Positions 29,771 to 41,242 of a DNA stretch of 64,000 bases are shown here, piece by piece. The notes beneath the pieces are model-generated. The model was not told the DNA's origin. It did not search any database and saw only the letters and a list, made by a program, of their open reading frames with translations. This DNA is from the human T2T-CHM13v2.0 reference genome, Homo sapiens: the NCBI RefSeq assembly GCF_009914755.1, contig NC_060930.1; one strand, written 5' to 3'. The position numbers were made by a program, and so were the translations under genes. Positions within the stretch are counted from its first letter, which is position 1. Each line of letters begins with the position of its first letter.

Positions 29771-32700
29771 CAGAAATACAACAGCTTAACTCAAACCCAC
29801 TTCCACAAAACCAGCAGTTAAGCTCTCTAGTTCCCATCTGTGTAACACGGCAGAGGCACTCTTTCTGGAGTTGCAGCATATTAACCATGTGTTGTAATTA
29901 AATCTCTGTAACAAGGAGAAACACCTTAAATTACTTTTGGGAATAGCCTTTAGATTGTGAAATACATTTGATAGCAAAAATATTAGTCCTGGGGCATGGT
30001 CCAAAAGTTTAAAAAATAATATTATGAAAGTTAATTGTTCTTCATATGATAAAAGAAAATAAACTGAGTTGCTAGAGAGCTAGGGGTTAAGGGTTTCCGG
30101 AATAATGAGTTGAGAACAGATTATAGGGAGGGCACAGAAGTTAGAATAAGGTTGGGACTGAATCCAAGAGCAGATCTTTAAGATTTGAGGTAAGAGTAGT
30201 CAAGGTATTTCTAAGATCGAGGATAGCTAATATATATTTATATTTACATCTTTGTTTTTTTGTGCTGTTTTCTGAAATATCTGACCTCTTCTTCGTGACC
30301 CCTCCCCAACCAAATTTTGTGTTAGTTGCTTTTTGGAAAAATTCAGGAAAAGGGACTACGTTGACTTTTAGGTTGAGGAGAAACAAATGACAAACAACAA
30401 GTACAATAACAATAACTAGAAATGATAACATATATGCTATGTATTTGGCCCCATTCTGAGGATTTAAAAAATATACATCAAATCATGCAATACTCTGTGG
30501 TCAGTATTATTGTTATCATCACCATTTATAGATGAGGAAACTATGAAGTCACATAGGAAATAAGTAATACAACCACTATTCAATGTATGGTTCCAGTGTC
30601 GTCGTTCTTCTTTACAGTTCTATATGATCGTTTCTAAGCTTTAGAATCAGACTGTTAATGATATCAATATGTCACTTTACTTTAAAAATGTAAGCAGAGA
30701 CTATAACAAAAACTATGCATTTAATCTTAAATTCCCTTGTGAAATGGGAAGGACAGAATTTGCACATGGAATAAAGGCTCGATTCATTTTGGGAAATTAT
30801 GATTTCACAAAACTGGTCACTTTATTGCTATTATTTAAAGAGTAGCCAAATACATGTATGTGTACAAACATTTAAAATGAATGTTTGCTTAAAAGTAGGG
30901 TTTCTAGATAGTTACCACAAATGTATAAAAACATGTTATATGCTTTATAACTTACTCCCTTTTGAAAAGCAAATCATGTCCAATTTAGTGACATTAATGA
31001 TATTTTGAGATGATATGTGGGGGTGGATAAAAGTGGAAAATGATCTCTGGTGCTTTCTATCTTTGGTTTCTGTATCATTTCCTTCTATTAAAATACTTCT
31101 GCCTATTATCACAACACATTCCTTCAGGAATAGTAATTATTTAAAAGAGGATGGCAGGGTAACATAACATTTAGTCCTGAGTCATTATCCTTATATGGAA
31201 AAATTTGAGAATGTGTAATAAAGGGCAAGATGGTGTTTGGATATAAGGTAGCTTTAAAGGTGTATGTAAATGCTATGTTTCTTGTAGTTAATTTTTTTTA
31301 ACAAAGTATTTTTTAAAATTATCCATATTGATGCATAGAGATGTATTTTATTCTTTTCTCTGACTTATAAGTATTACTATTCCATTTTATTTATTACATT
31401 TTTAAACATCCATTTCTCTGCTTTGCAATGTTCCTACTATTTCTAATAAGGCTATTCAGAGAGTCATTAGATTACATGTGAGTGCTTCTGTAGGGAAGAA
31501 ACTAGAGGTAGAATAACTGATTTAGCTGTTCTTAATATCGTACCTGTCTACTCTGCCTGAATGAGAAATCAATCTTTCATATTTTAGGCATAAGACATAA
31601 GCAAATATGTGATAATAAAATTCTTGTGCCTGAGGTATATGCTACCTAATTATTAAGAACACAGGTGAAACAAATGTAGGTGACTATAAAATAGAGATAG
31701 AAAATGCTATAAGAGTTAATCCAAAGGTGAAAGTATTTGTCATATACACAGATATAATTAGTATCAACTTTACTGTTGGAAAAAACCTTGGTAAAATGAT
31801 TCAAGCAAACATAAAACCAAATAACAATCCCCATCACCAAATAAAAACCAAAATACCAAACTGGTGAATCAGTTTCTCTGTCAATGCTATGTTAAGAACT
31901 ATTGCTAGATTTTCTTATATCAGCATAAAGCTGACTGCAAAGAAGAGGTGAGGAAATAGATCATGCTATTCTAAAAATTTAAATATTTTGATAAATTTAA
32001 AAAATGTGTCACTGAGCATCAGGCAAGAGATTTATAATTTGTGGTGATAGTCACCTTACTTCCTTCATGTGAGTAGGACTTTTAGCTTCTCAATAACAGA
32101 ACCTCAGTGATATAATTAATATAAAATAGTAAGGTAAGACTACATTCCCTGTAATAAAATCCTGCATCACATGTCGTCTTCCAAGGACCATCTGTCCAGA
32201 TGAGCCTTGCTGTAATAATCAAGTAAACGGAGCCACCAGACAAATTAGTGGAGAGCTTCAATTCTCATAGTGTCATCTGGGGGTTATTTAAATGTTATTT
32301 GACTTTTTCACTGTGGTTATACTTGCACTGATAGTCAAAGATAATAGTGGATAAAACTACTGATGGCTTAGTATGATACAAATAGTGGCACCACCTGTAC
32401 TAGATAAGAGTATTATCACTTTAATTTAAAAAATTAAGATTATACTTGAAACAGTGGTAACACTAACTTTATTCAAATATAAGTTATGAATTACATGCCT
32501 TTTTAATAAAGTGTATGATGAAAAGGGGGGTATGCATAATGTATTTCTGCTGTATGCTGGAGTAAGATGATTGCCTCAAGGAGAAGCATGAGTCATTTTT
32601 GATGTGTAAGACCAGCTAGCTGCTAATTTTTGTGGAACACAGTTTTACATGAAAGAATAACTAATATTCAGCTATGGTTATGCATTCTTGGGTTATTGGG

Positions 32701-32878
32701 TAGACATTTTCTCAAAAAGAAAATGGGTCTGGCCGGGCACGGTGGCTCACGCCTGTAATCCCAGCACTTTGGGAGGCCGAAGCGGGGGGATCACGAGGTC
32801 AGGAGATCAAGACCATCCTGGCTAACATGGTGAAACCACGTCTCTACTAAAAATATTTAAAAAATTAGCCGTTTTTTT

Positions 32879-32958
32879 AGTTAATGGGTGCAGCACACCA
32901 ACATGCACATGTATACATATGTAACAAACCTGCACATTGTGCACATGTACCCTAAAAC
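32879..32958 (+). mobile_element. ~80-bp 5'-truncated L1PA 3'-UTR stub inserted in the Alu linker
   Basis: gttaatgggtgcagcacaccaacatg.cacatgtatacatatgtaacaaacctgcacattgtgcacatgtaccctaaaac matches the L1PA 3' end; TSD aaaattagccg at 32861-32871 and 38917-38927. Confidence 0.92.
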
Positions 32959-35900
32959 AAGAAGAAGGAAGAAGAAGAAGAAGGAAGAAGGAGGAGGAGG
33001 AGGAGGAGGAGGAGGAGAAGGAGAAGGAGAAGAAGCAGAAGGAGAAGAAGCAGAAGAAGAAGCAGAAGCAGCAGAAGAAGCAGGAGCAGCAGAAGCAGAA
33101 GAAGAAGCAGAAGCAGAAGCAGAAGCAGAAGAAGAAGCAGAAGAAGAAGCAGAAGAAGAAGAAGAAGAAGAAGCAGAAGAAGAAGAAGCAGAAGAAGAAG
33201 AAGAAGAAGAAGCAGAAGAAGAAGAAGAAGAAGAAGCAGAAGAAGAAGCAGAAGAAGAAGAAGAAGCAGAAGAAGAAGCAGAAGAAGAAGCAGAAGAAGA
33301 AGCAGAAGAAGAAGAAGAAGAAGAAGAAGAAGAAGAAGAAGAAGCAGAAGAAGAAGCAGAAGAAGAAGCAGAAGAAGCAGAAGAAGAAGAAGCAGAAGAA
33401 GAAGAAGCAGAAGAAGCAGAAGAAGCAGAAGAAGCAGAAGAAGAAGCAGAAGAAGAAGAAGAAGAAGCAGAAGAAGAAGAAGAAGCAGAAGAAGAAGCAG
33501 AAGAAGAAGAAGCAGAAGAAGCAGAAGAAGAAGAAGAAGAAGAAGAAGCAGAAGAAGAAGAAGAAGAAGCAGCAGAAGAAGAAGAAGCAGAAGAAGAAGA
33601 AGAAGCAGAAGAAGAAGCAGAAGAAGCAGAAGAAGAAGAAGAAGCAGAAGCAGAAGAAGAAGAAGAAGAAGAAGCAGAAGAAGAAGAAGCAGAAGAAGAA
33701 GCAGAAGAAGAAGCAGAAGAAGCAGAAGAAGAAGCAGAACAAGAAGAAGAAGAAGAAGAAGAAGAAGAAGCAGAAGAAGAAGAAGCAGAAGAAGAAAAAC
33801 CAGAAGAAGAAGAAGCAGAAGCAGAAGAAGCAGAAGCAGAAGAAGAAGCAGAAGAAGAAGAAGAAGCAGAAGAAGAAGAAGCAGAAGAAGAAGCAGAAGA
33901 AGAAGCAGAAGAAGAAGCAGAAGAAGAAGAAGCAGAAGAAGCAGAAGCAGAAGAAGCAGAAGAAGCAGAAGAAGAAGAAGCAGAAGAAGCAGAAGAAGAA
34001 GAAGAAGAAGAAGCAGAAGAAGAAGCAGAAGAAGCAGAAGAAGAAGAAGAAGAAGAAGCAGAAGAAAAAGCAGAAGAAGAAGAAGAAGCAGAAGAAGAAG
34101 AAGCAGAAGAAGCAGAAGCAGAAGAAGCAGAAGCAGAAGCAGAAGAAGAAGCAGAAGAAGAAGAAGAAGAAGAAGAAGAAGAAGAAGAAGAAGCAGAAGA
34201 AGCAGAAGAAGCAGAAGAAGCAGAAGCAAAAGAAGCAGAAGCAGAAGAAGCAGAAGAAGCAGAAGCAGAAGAAGCAGAAGCAGAAGAAGCAGAATCAGAA
34301 GCAGAAGAAGAAGCAGAAGAAGAAGAAGAAGCAGAAGAAGCAGAAGAAGAAGCAGAAGAAGAAGAAGAAGCAGAAGAAGAAGCAGAAGAAGAAGAAGAAG
34401 AAGCAGAAGAAGAAGCAGAAGAAGAAGCAGAAATAGAAGCAGAAGAAGAAGAAGAAGAAGCAGAAGCAGAAGAAGAAGCAGCAGAAGAAGAAGCAGAAGA
34501 AGAAGAAGCAGAAGAAGAAGAAGCAGAAGAAGAAGAAGAAGAAGAAGCAGAAGAAGAAGCAGAAGAAGCAGAAGAAGAAGAAGAAGCAGAAGAAGAAGAA
34601 GAAGAAGAAGCAGAAGCAGAAGAAGAAGCAGAAGAAGAAGCAGAAGAAGAAGAAGCAGAAGAAGCAGAAGAAGCAGAAGAAGAAGAAGAAGAAGAAGAAG
34701 AAGAAGAAGAAGCAGAAGAAGAAGCAGAAGAAGCAGAAGAAGAAGAAGAAGAAGAAGAAGCAGAAGAAGAAGCAGAAGAAGCAGAAGAAGAAGAAGAAGC
34801 AGAAGAAGAAGAAGCAGAAGAAGAAGAAGAAGCAGAAGAAGAAGCAGAAGAAGCAGAAGCAGAAGAAGCAGAAGAAGCAGAAGCAGAAGAAGCAGAAGAA
34901 GCAGAAGCAGAAGAAGCAGAAGAAGCAGAAGAAGAAGAAGCAGAAGAAGCAGAAGAAGCAGAAGAAGCAGAAGAAGAAGCAGAAGAAGCAGAAGAAGAAG
35001 AAGCAGAAGAAGAAGAAGAAGAAGAAGCAGAAGAAGCAGAAGAAGAAGAAGAAGAAGCAGAAGAAGCAGAAGAAGAAGAAGCAGAAGAAGCAGAAGAAGA
35101 AGAAGAAGAAGAAGAAGAAGAAGCAGAAGAAGAAGAAGAAGAAGCAGAAGAAGCAGAAGAAGAAGCAGAAGAAGAAGAAGCAGAAGAAGCAGAAGAAGAA
35201 GAAGCAGAAGAAGCAGAAGAAGAAGAAGCAGAAGAAGCAGAAGAAGAAGCAGAAGAAGAAGCAGAAGAAGCAGAAGAAGAAGAAGAAGCAGAAGAAGAAG
35301 AAGAAGAAGAAGAAGAAGCAGAAGAAGAAGCAGAAGAAGAAGAAGCAGAAATAGAAGCAGAAGAAGAAGAAGAAGAAGCAGAAGCAGAAGAAGAAGCAGA
35401 AGAAGAAGAAGCAGAAGAAGAAGAAGAAGCAGAAGAAGAAGCAGAAGAAGCAGAAGAAGAAGAAGCAGAAGAAGAAGAAGAAGAAGAAGAAGAAGAAGAA
35501 GCAGAAGAAGAAGCAGAAGAAGCAGAAGAAGAAGAAGAAGCAGAAGAAGAAGAAGAAGAAGCAGAAGAAGCAGAAGAAGAAGCAGAAGAAGAAGCAGAAG
35601 AAGAAGAAGCAGAAGAAGCAGAAGAAGCAGAAGAAGAAGAAGAAGAAGAAGAAGAAGCAGAAGAAGAAGCAGAAGAAGAAGCAGAAGAAGAAGAAGAAGC
35701 AGAAGAAGAAGAAGCAGAAGAAGAAGAAGAAGCAGAAGAAGAAGCAGAAGAAGCAGAAGCAGAAGAAGCAGAAGAAGCAGAAGCAGAAGAAGCAGAAGAA
35801 GCAGAAGCAGAAGAAGCAGAAGAAGCAGAAGAAGCAGAAGAAGAAGAAGCAGAAGAAGCAGAAGAAGCAGAAGAAGAAGCAGAAGAAGCAGAAGAAGAAG

Positions 35901-38876
35901 AAGAAGCAGAAGAAGAAGAAGAAGAAGAAGCAGAAGAAGCAGAAGAAGAAGAAGAAGCAGAAGAAGGAGAAGAAGAAGAAGAAGAAGCAGAAGAAGCAGA
36001 AGAAGAAGAAGAAGAAGCAGAAGAAGAAGAAGAAGAAGCAGAAGAAGCAGAAGAAGAAGAAGCAGAAGAAGCAGAAGAAGAAGAAGCAGAAGAAGCAGAA
36101 GAAGAAGAAGCAGAAGAAGCAGAAGAAGAAGCAGAAGAAGAAGCAGAAGAAGCAGAAGAAGAAGAAGAAGAAGAAGCAGAAGAAGAAGAAGAAGAAGAAG
36201 AAGAAGCAGAAGAAGAAGAAGAAGAAGAAGAAGCAGAAGAAGAAGCAGAAGAAGAAGAAGAAGCAGAAGAAGAAGAAGCAGAAGAAGAAGAAGAAGAAGA
36301 AGCAGAAGAAGAAGCAGAAGAAGAAGAAGAAGCAGAAGAAGAAGAAGAAGAAGAAGAAGAAGAAGCAGAAGCAGAAGAAGAAGAAGCAGAAGAAGCAGAA
36401 GAAGAAGAAGCAGAAGAAGCAGAAGAAGAAGAAGCAGAAGAAGAAGAAGCAGAAGAAGAAGCAGAAGCAGAAGAAGCAGAAGAAGAAGCAGAAGAAGAAG
36501 CAGAAGAAGCAGAAGCAGAAGAAGCAGAAGCAGAAGAAGAAGCAGAAGCAGAAGAAGCAGAAGTAGAAGAAGAAGCAGAAGAAGAAGCAGAAGAAGAAGC
36601 AGAAGAAGAAGAAGAAGCAGAAGAAGCAGAAGAAGAAGAAGAAGAAGCAGAAGAAGCAGAAGAAGCAGAAGAAGAAGAAGAAGCAGAAGAAGAAGAAGAA
36701 GAAGCAGAAGAAGCAGAAGAAGAAGCAGAAGAAGAAGAAGCAGAAGAAGCAGAAGAAGAAGAAGAAGAAGCAGAAGAAGAATCAGAAGAAGAAGCAGAAG
36801 AAGAAGAAGAAGCAGAAGAATAAGAAGCAGAAGAAGAAGAAGAAGAAGAAGCAGAAGACGCAGAAGCAGAAGAAGCAGAAGAAGCAGAAGCAGAAGAAGC
36901 AGAAGAAGCAGAAGAAGCAGAAGCAGAAGAAGCAGAAGAAGCAGAAGAAGCAGAAGAAGAAACAGAAGAAGCAGAAGAAGCAGAAGAAGAAGCAGAAGAA
37001 GCAGAAGAAGAAGAAGAAGCAGAAGCAGAAGAAGAAGAAGAAGCAGAAGAAGCAGAAGAAGAAGAAGAAGAAGCAGAAGAAGCAGAAGAAGAAGAAGAAG
37101 AAGCAGAAGAAGCAGAAGAAGAAGCAGAAGAAGAAGAAGCAGAAGAAGCAGAAGAAGAAGAAGAAGCAGAAGAAGCAGAAGAAGAAGAAGCAGAAGAAGC
37201 AGAAGAAGCAGAAGAAGAAGAAGAAGAAGAAGAAGCAGAAGAAGAAGAAGCAGAAGAAGAAGCAGAAGAAGAAGCAGAAGAAGAAGCAGAAGAAGAAGAA
37301 GAAGCAGAAGAAGAAGAAGCAGAAGCAGAAGAAGAAGAAGCAGAAGCAGAAGAAGAAGAAGCAGAAGAAGCAGAAGAAGAAGAAGCAGAAGAAGAAGCAG
37401 AAGCAGAAGAAGCAGAAGAAGAAGCAGAAGAAGAAGCAGAAGAAGCAGAAGCAGAAGAAGCAGAAGCAGAAGAAGAAGCAGAAGCAGAAGAAGCAGAAGT
37501 AGAAGAAGCAGAAGAAGAAGCAGAAGAAGAAGCAGAAGAAGAAGCAGAAGAAGAAGAAGAAGCAGCAGAAGCAGCAGAAGAAGCAGCAGAAGCAACAGAA
37601 GAAGCAGAAGAAGAAGCAGCAGAAGAAGCAGAAGCAGAAGCAGAAGCAGAAGCAGCAGAAGAAGCAGAAACAGAAGCAGAAGCAGCAGAAGAAGCAGCAG
37701 AAGAAGCAGAAGCAGAAGAAGCAGCAGAAGAAGCAGAAGCAGCAGCAGAAGAAGAAGCAGAAGAAGAAGAAGCAGAAGAAGAAGAAGCAGAAGAAGCAGA
37801 AGAAGCAGAAGAAGAAGAAGCAGAAGAAGAAGAAGCAGAAGCAGAAGAAGAAGAAGCAGAAGCAGAAGCAGAAGAAGCAGAAGAAGAAGAAGCAGAAGAA
37901 GAAGAAGAAGAAGAAGCAGAAGAAGAAGCAGAAGAAGAAGCAGCAGAAGAAGAAGCAGAAGAAGAAGCAGAAGCAGAAGAAGAAGCAGAAGCAGAAGAAG
38001 AAGCAGAAGAAGAAGAAGAAGAAGAAGAAGAAGCAGAAGAAGCAGAAGAAGAAGCAGAAGAAGCAGAAGCAGAATAAGCAGAAGCAGAAGAAGAAGAAGC
38101 AGAAGAAGAAGAAGCAGAAGCAGAAGAAGAAGAAGAAGAAGCAGAAGCAGAAGAAGAAGAAGAAGAAGAAGAAGCAGAAGAAGAAGAAGAAGCAGAAGAA
38201 GAAGAAGCAGAAGAAGAAGCAGAAGAAGAAGAAGAAGCAGAAGAAGAAGAAGCAGAAGAAGCAGAAGAAGCAGCAGAAGAAGCAGAAGAAGCAGCAGAAG
38301 AAGCAGAAGAAGCAGCAGAAGAAGCAGAAGAAGCAGCAGCAGAAGAAGAAGAAGAAGAAGCAGAAGAAGAAGCAGAAGAAGAAGAAGAAGCAGAAGCAGA
38401 AGAAGCAGAAGCAGAAGAAGCAGAAGCAGAAGAAGAAGAAGCAGAAGAAGAAGCAGAAGAAGCAGAAGAAGAAGCAGAAGAAGAAGAAAGAAGAAGAAGC
38501 AGAAGAAGCAGAAGAAGCAGAAGAAGAAGAAGAAGAAGAAGCAGAAGAAGAAGAAGCAGAAGAAGAAGAAGAAGCAGAAGAAGAAGCAGAAGAAGAAGAA
38601 GAAGAAGAAGAAGAAGAAGCAGAAGAAGAAGAAGCAGAAGAAGAAGAAGAAGCAGAAGAAGAAGAAGAAGAAGAAGCAGAAGAAGCAGAAGAAGAAGCAG
38701 AAGAAGAAGCAGAAGAAGAAGCAGCAGCAGCAGAAGAAGAAGAAGAAGAAGAAGAAGCAGAAGAAGAAGAAGAAGAAGCAGAAGAGGAAGAAGAAGCGGA
38801 AGCGGAAGAGGAAGCGGAAGAGGAAGCGGAAGAGGAAGAGAGGAAGAGGAGGAAGAAGAAGAAAGAAGAAGAAGAA

Positions 38877-38913
<37 letters not shown>

Positions 38914-38916
38914 GAG
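32959..38916 (+). repeat. ~5.96-kb interrupted trinucleotide array [(GAA)n GCA]m
   Basis: About 1980 triplets, almost all GAA or GCA; longest pure GAA runs I counted were 13; GGA-rich 5' edge, GAG/GCG-containing 3' edge. Confidence 0.99.
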
Positions 38917-39820
38917 AAAATTAGCCGGGCGCAGTGGCGGGCGTCTGTAGTCCCAGCTACTCAGGAGGCTGAGGCAGGAGAATGGCGTGAACCGAGAAGG
39001 CGGAGCTTGCAGTGAGCTGAGATCGCGCCGCTGCACTCCAGCCTGGCTGACTGAGCCAGACTCCGTCTCCAAAAAAAAAAAAGAAAATGGGTCTGCCACT
39101 CCAAAGAAAACAGCTAACAGCATTTGTTGCCAATGTTACAATTCGAACTTTCAAGCATATTTCAGAATTTTGGGTAAGTCATCCACCATGGTCAGAATGA
39201 CAGCTATACAATACTTAAAAACTTTTCTGATGAGACTGGAGGGGATATTAACAAATATTATTTTTAAATATTTTATAAAGATATATGTTGACATTTGGTA
39301 GAGCTGAATAACTCAAGAGACCAATATTTTGGCAGCAAAAAATTGTGCATGAGTAAAAGATCCATTCAAAATGCAGATAGAGCAATGAATGTTAATTTAA
39401 TTGAGTATAAAATGCCCATTGATTGGGTTTTACATTCCACTTTTTAACTCACCTTTAACAATTTATTAGTTATCAAGTTTTGGCATAATATCAAAGAGGG
39501 GTACTCTAAATTATTTGAAAAGTCTATTAAAACTCTTCTATCTTTTCAAAATATGTATGTGTTGGGAGGCCAGAATTTCTCCAACTACTTCAGCAAAATA
39601 ATTACAGGACAGATTGAATGCAGAAGCACATATGAGAATCCAGCTGTATTTATTAAAGCAGGTATTAAATATGTTTGCTGATACATATAACAGCGCCATT
39701 CTTATCATTACTTTTATTTGTTTTGGAAAAGTAAAACTGTTTTTCATAAAACATGCTATGCTATATTATTCATGTTAACTTATGAGTTTATCATTTTATA
39801 AGAATTAATAAAGGAAATAA

Positions 39821-40150
<330 letters not shown>

Positions 40151-40942
40151 TAGAATATTTTTGATGTAACTATTTTGAAATAGTGAAGTCTATTGAAGGT
40201 TTACAACCTTCCAGGTGAAGGCTTCTAAATTAAATTGTGATTAATTTTGGTCAGTTTCAGCTCTTAAAACAGTAGCATGCACACACGTCCCACTTCTTAG
40301 TCATGTGGCAGGCAGTTGTGTGCATGTTTCTGGTGTAGTCTGCACACAGCTTGTGACGGCCATGGTGGACAGAAAGGATCCTCTTCTTCACATATTAGAC
40401 ATCTGTGCTTTGATCACTGATTACTGCTTCTGATAATAGAGCTGATGATCAGTGAACTAGATGGTGGTCATTGTCACACTTCCCCCCATTGTTGTTACTC
40501 CCCACCACCTTGAACTATTTTTCTCCTCATTGTTTGTCTCTTTTCACACTTTTGGAAGCTAGCCATTAAAGATTGGAACATTCAAAAATAACTGCATATA
40601 TGAGGAAAATTTAAAAATGGCCATCCATGCCCAAGGAAAGGGTTTATAAAAGAAGACTTGAGAAGTCTTTAAGAAACTCCATGTAAAACAACAACCTCAG
40701 AGCTACATGGATACATATTAAAACCAGACTTTTGAAAACTAAAGACGAAGTGAAAATCTTAAAAGCAGCAAAAGAAAATGACTTTTCACATACAAGGATC
40801 CCAATAAAATTATAGATTTCTCATCAGTAATTTTACAGGCTAGAAGACAAAAGTTTAAAATATTCAAAACACTGAAAGAAAATAACTCTGTAAACCAATA
40901 ATTCTATATTTGACAAAACAGTCCTTTCAGAAGTTAGATAGA

Positions 40943-41242
40943 GCTGGGTGTGATGACTCACACCTGTAATTCCAGCACTCTGAGAGGCCGAGGCAGGTGT
41001 ATCACCTGAGGTCAGGTGCTTGAGACTAGCCTGGCCAACATTGTGAAACACCATCTCTACTAAAAATACAAAAATTAGCCAAGTGTGGTTGTGTGTGCCT
41101 GTAATCCCAGCTACTCAGGAGGCTGAGGCAGTGGAATCACTTGAACCCAGGAGGCAGAGGTTGCAGTGAGCCAAGATAGTGCCACTGCACTCCAGCCTTG
41201 GCAACAGAGCAAGATTCTGTCTCAAAAAAAAAAAAAAAAAAA
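40943..41242 (+). mobile_element. Alu SINE (AluSx-like)
   Basis: gctgggtgtgatgactcacacctgtaat...atcacctgaggtcagg...A-tail; imperfect TSD aagttagatag/aaattaggtag. Confidence 0.95.

Larger units (their letters stand above)
32731..39094 (+). mobile_element. AluY split in its central A-rich linker (left arm 32731-32871; right arm 38917-39082)
   Basis: AluY diagnostics (gatcacgaggtcaggagatc..accatcctggctaac; gaatggcgtgaacc..gcggagcttgcag); 17-bp TSD aaaaagaaaatgggtct at 32714-32730 and 39078-39094. Confidence 0.95.
31640..39810 (+). mobile_element. Charlie1-type hAT DNA transposon remnant, split by the AluY/L1/GAA insertion
   Basis: Transposase-like sequence runs across the Alu TSD: gggtagacattttctcaaaaa|...gccactccaaagaaaacagctaacagcatttgttgccaatg...caatacttaaaaacttttctgatgag; outer boundaries approximate. 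Confidence 0.65.

Noticed and set aside
32959-38916. Identification as the FXN or FGF14 disease repeat
   Set aside because: The flanks (L1 stub within AluY within Charlie1) do not match my recollection of either locus, and no exons of those genes are recognisable
32959-38916. Synthetic or encoded binary message, or CRISPR-like array
   Set aside because: Bounded by natural TSDs, with degenerate edges, sporadic point variants and block duplications typical of natural tandem-repeat evolution; no repeat-spacer structure
32822-39123. Long ORFs (2080, 1547, 1311, 499, 306 aa) as real genes
   Set aside because: GAA/GCA triplets contain no stop in any frame, so long ORFs are automatic; their termini lie in Alu/L1 sequence with no promoter or splice support
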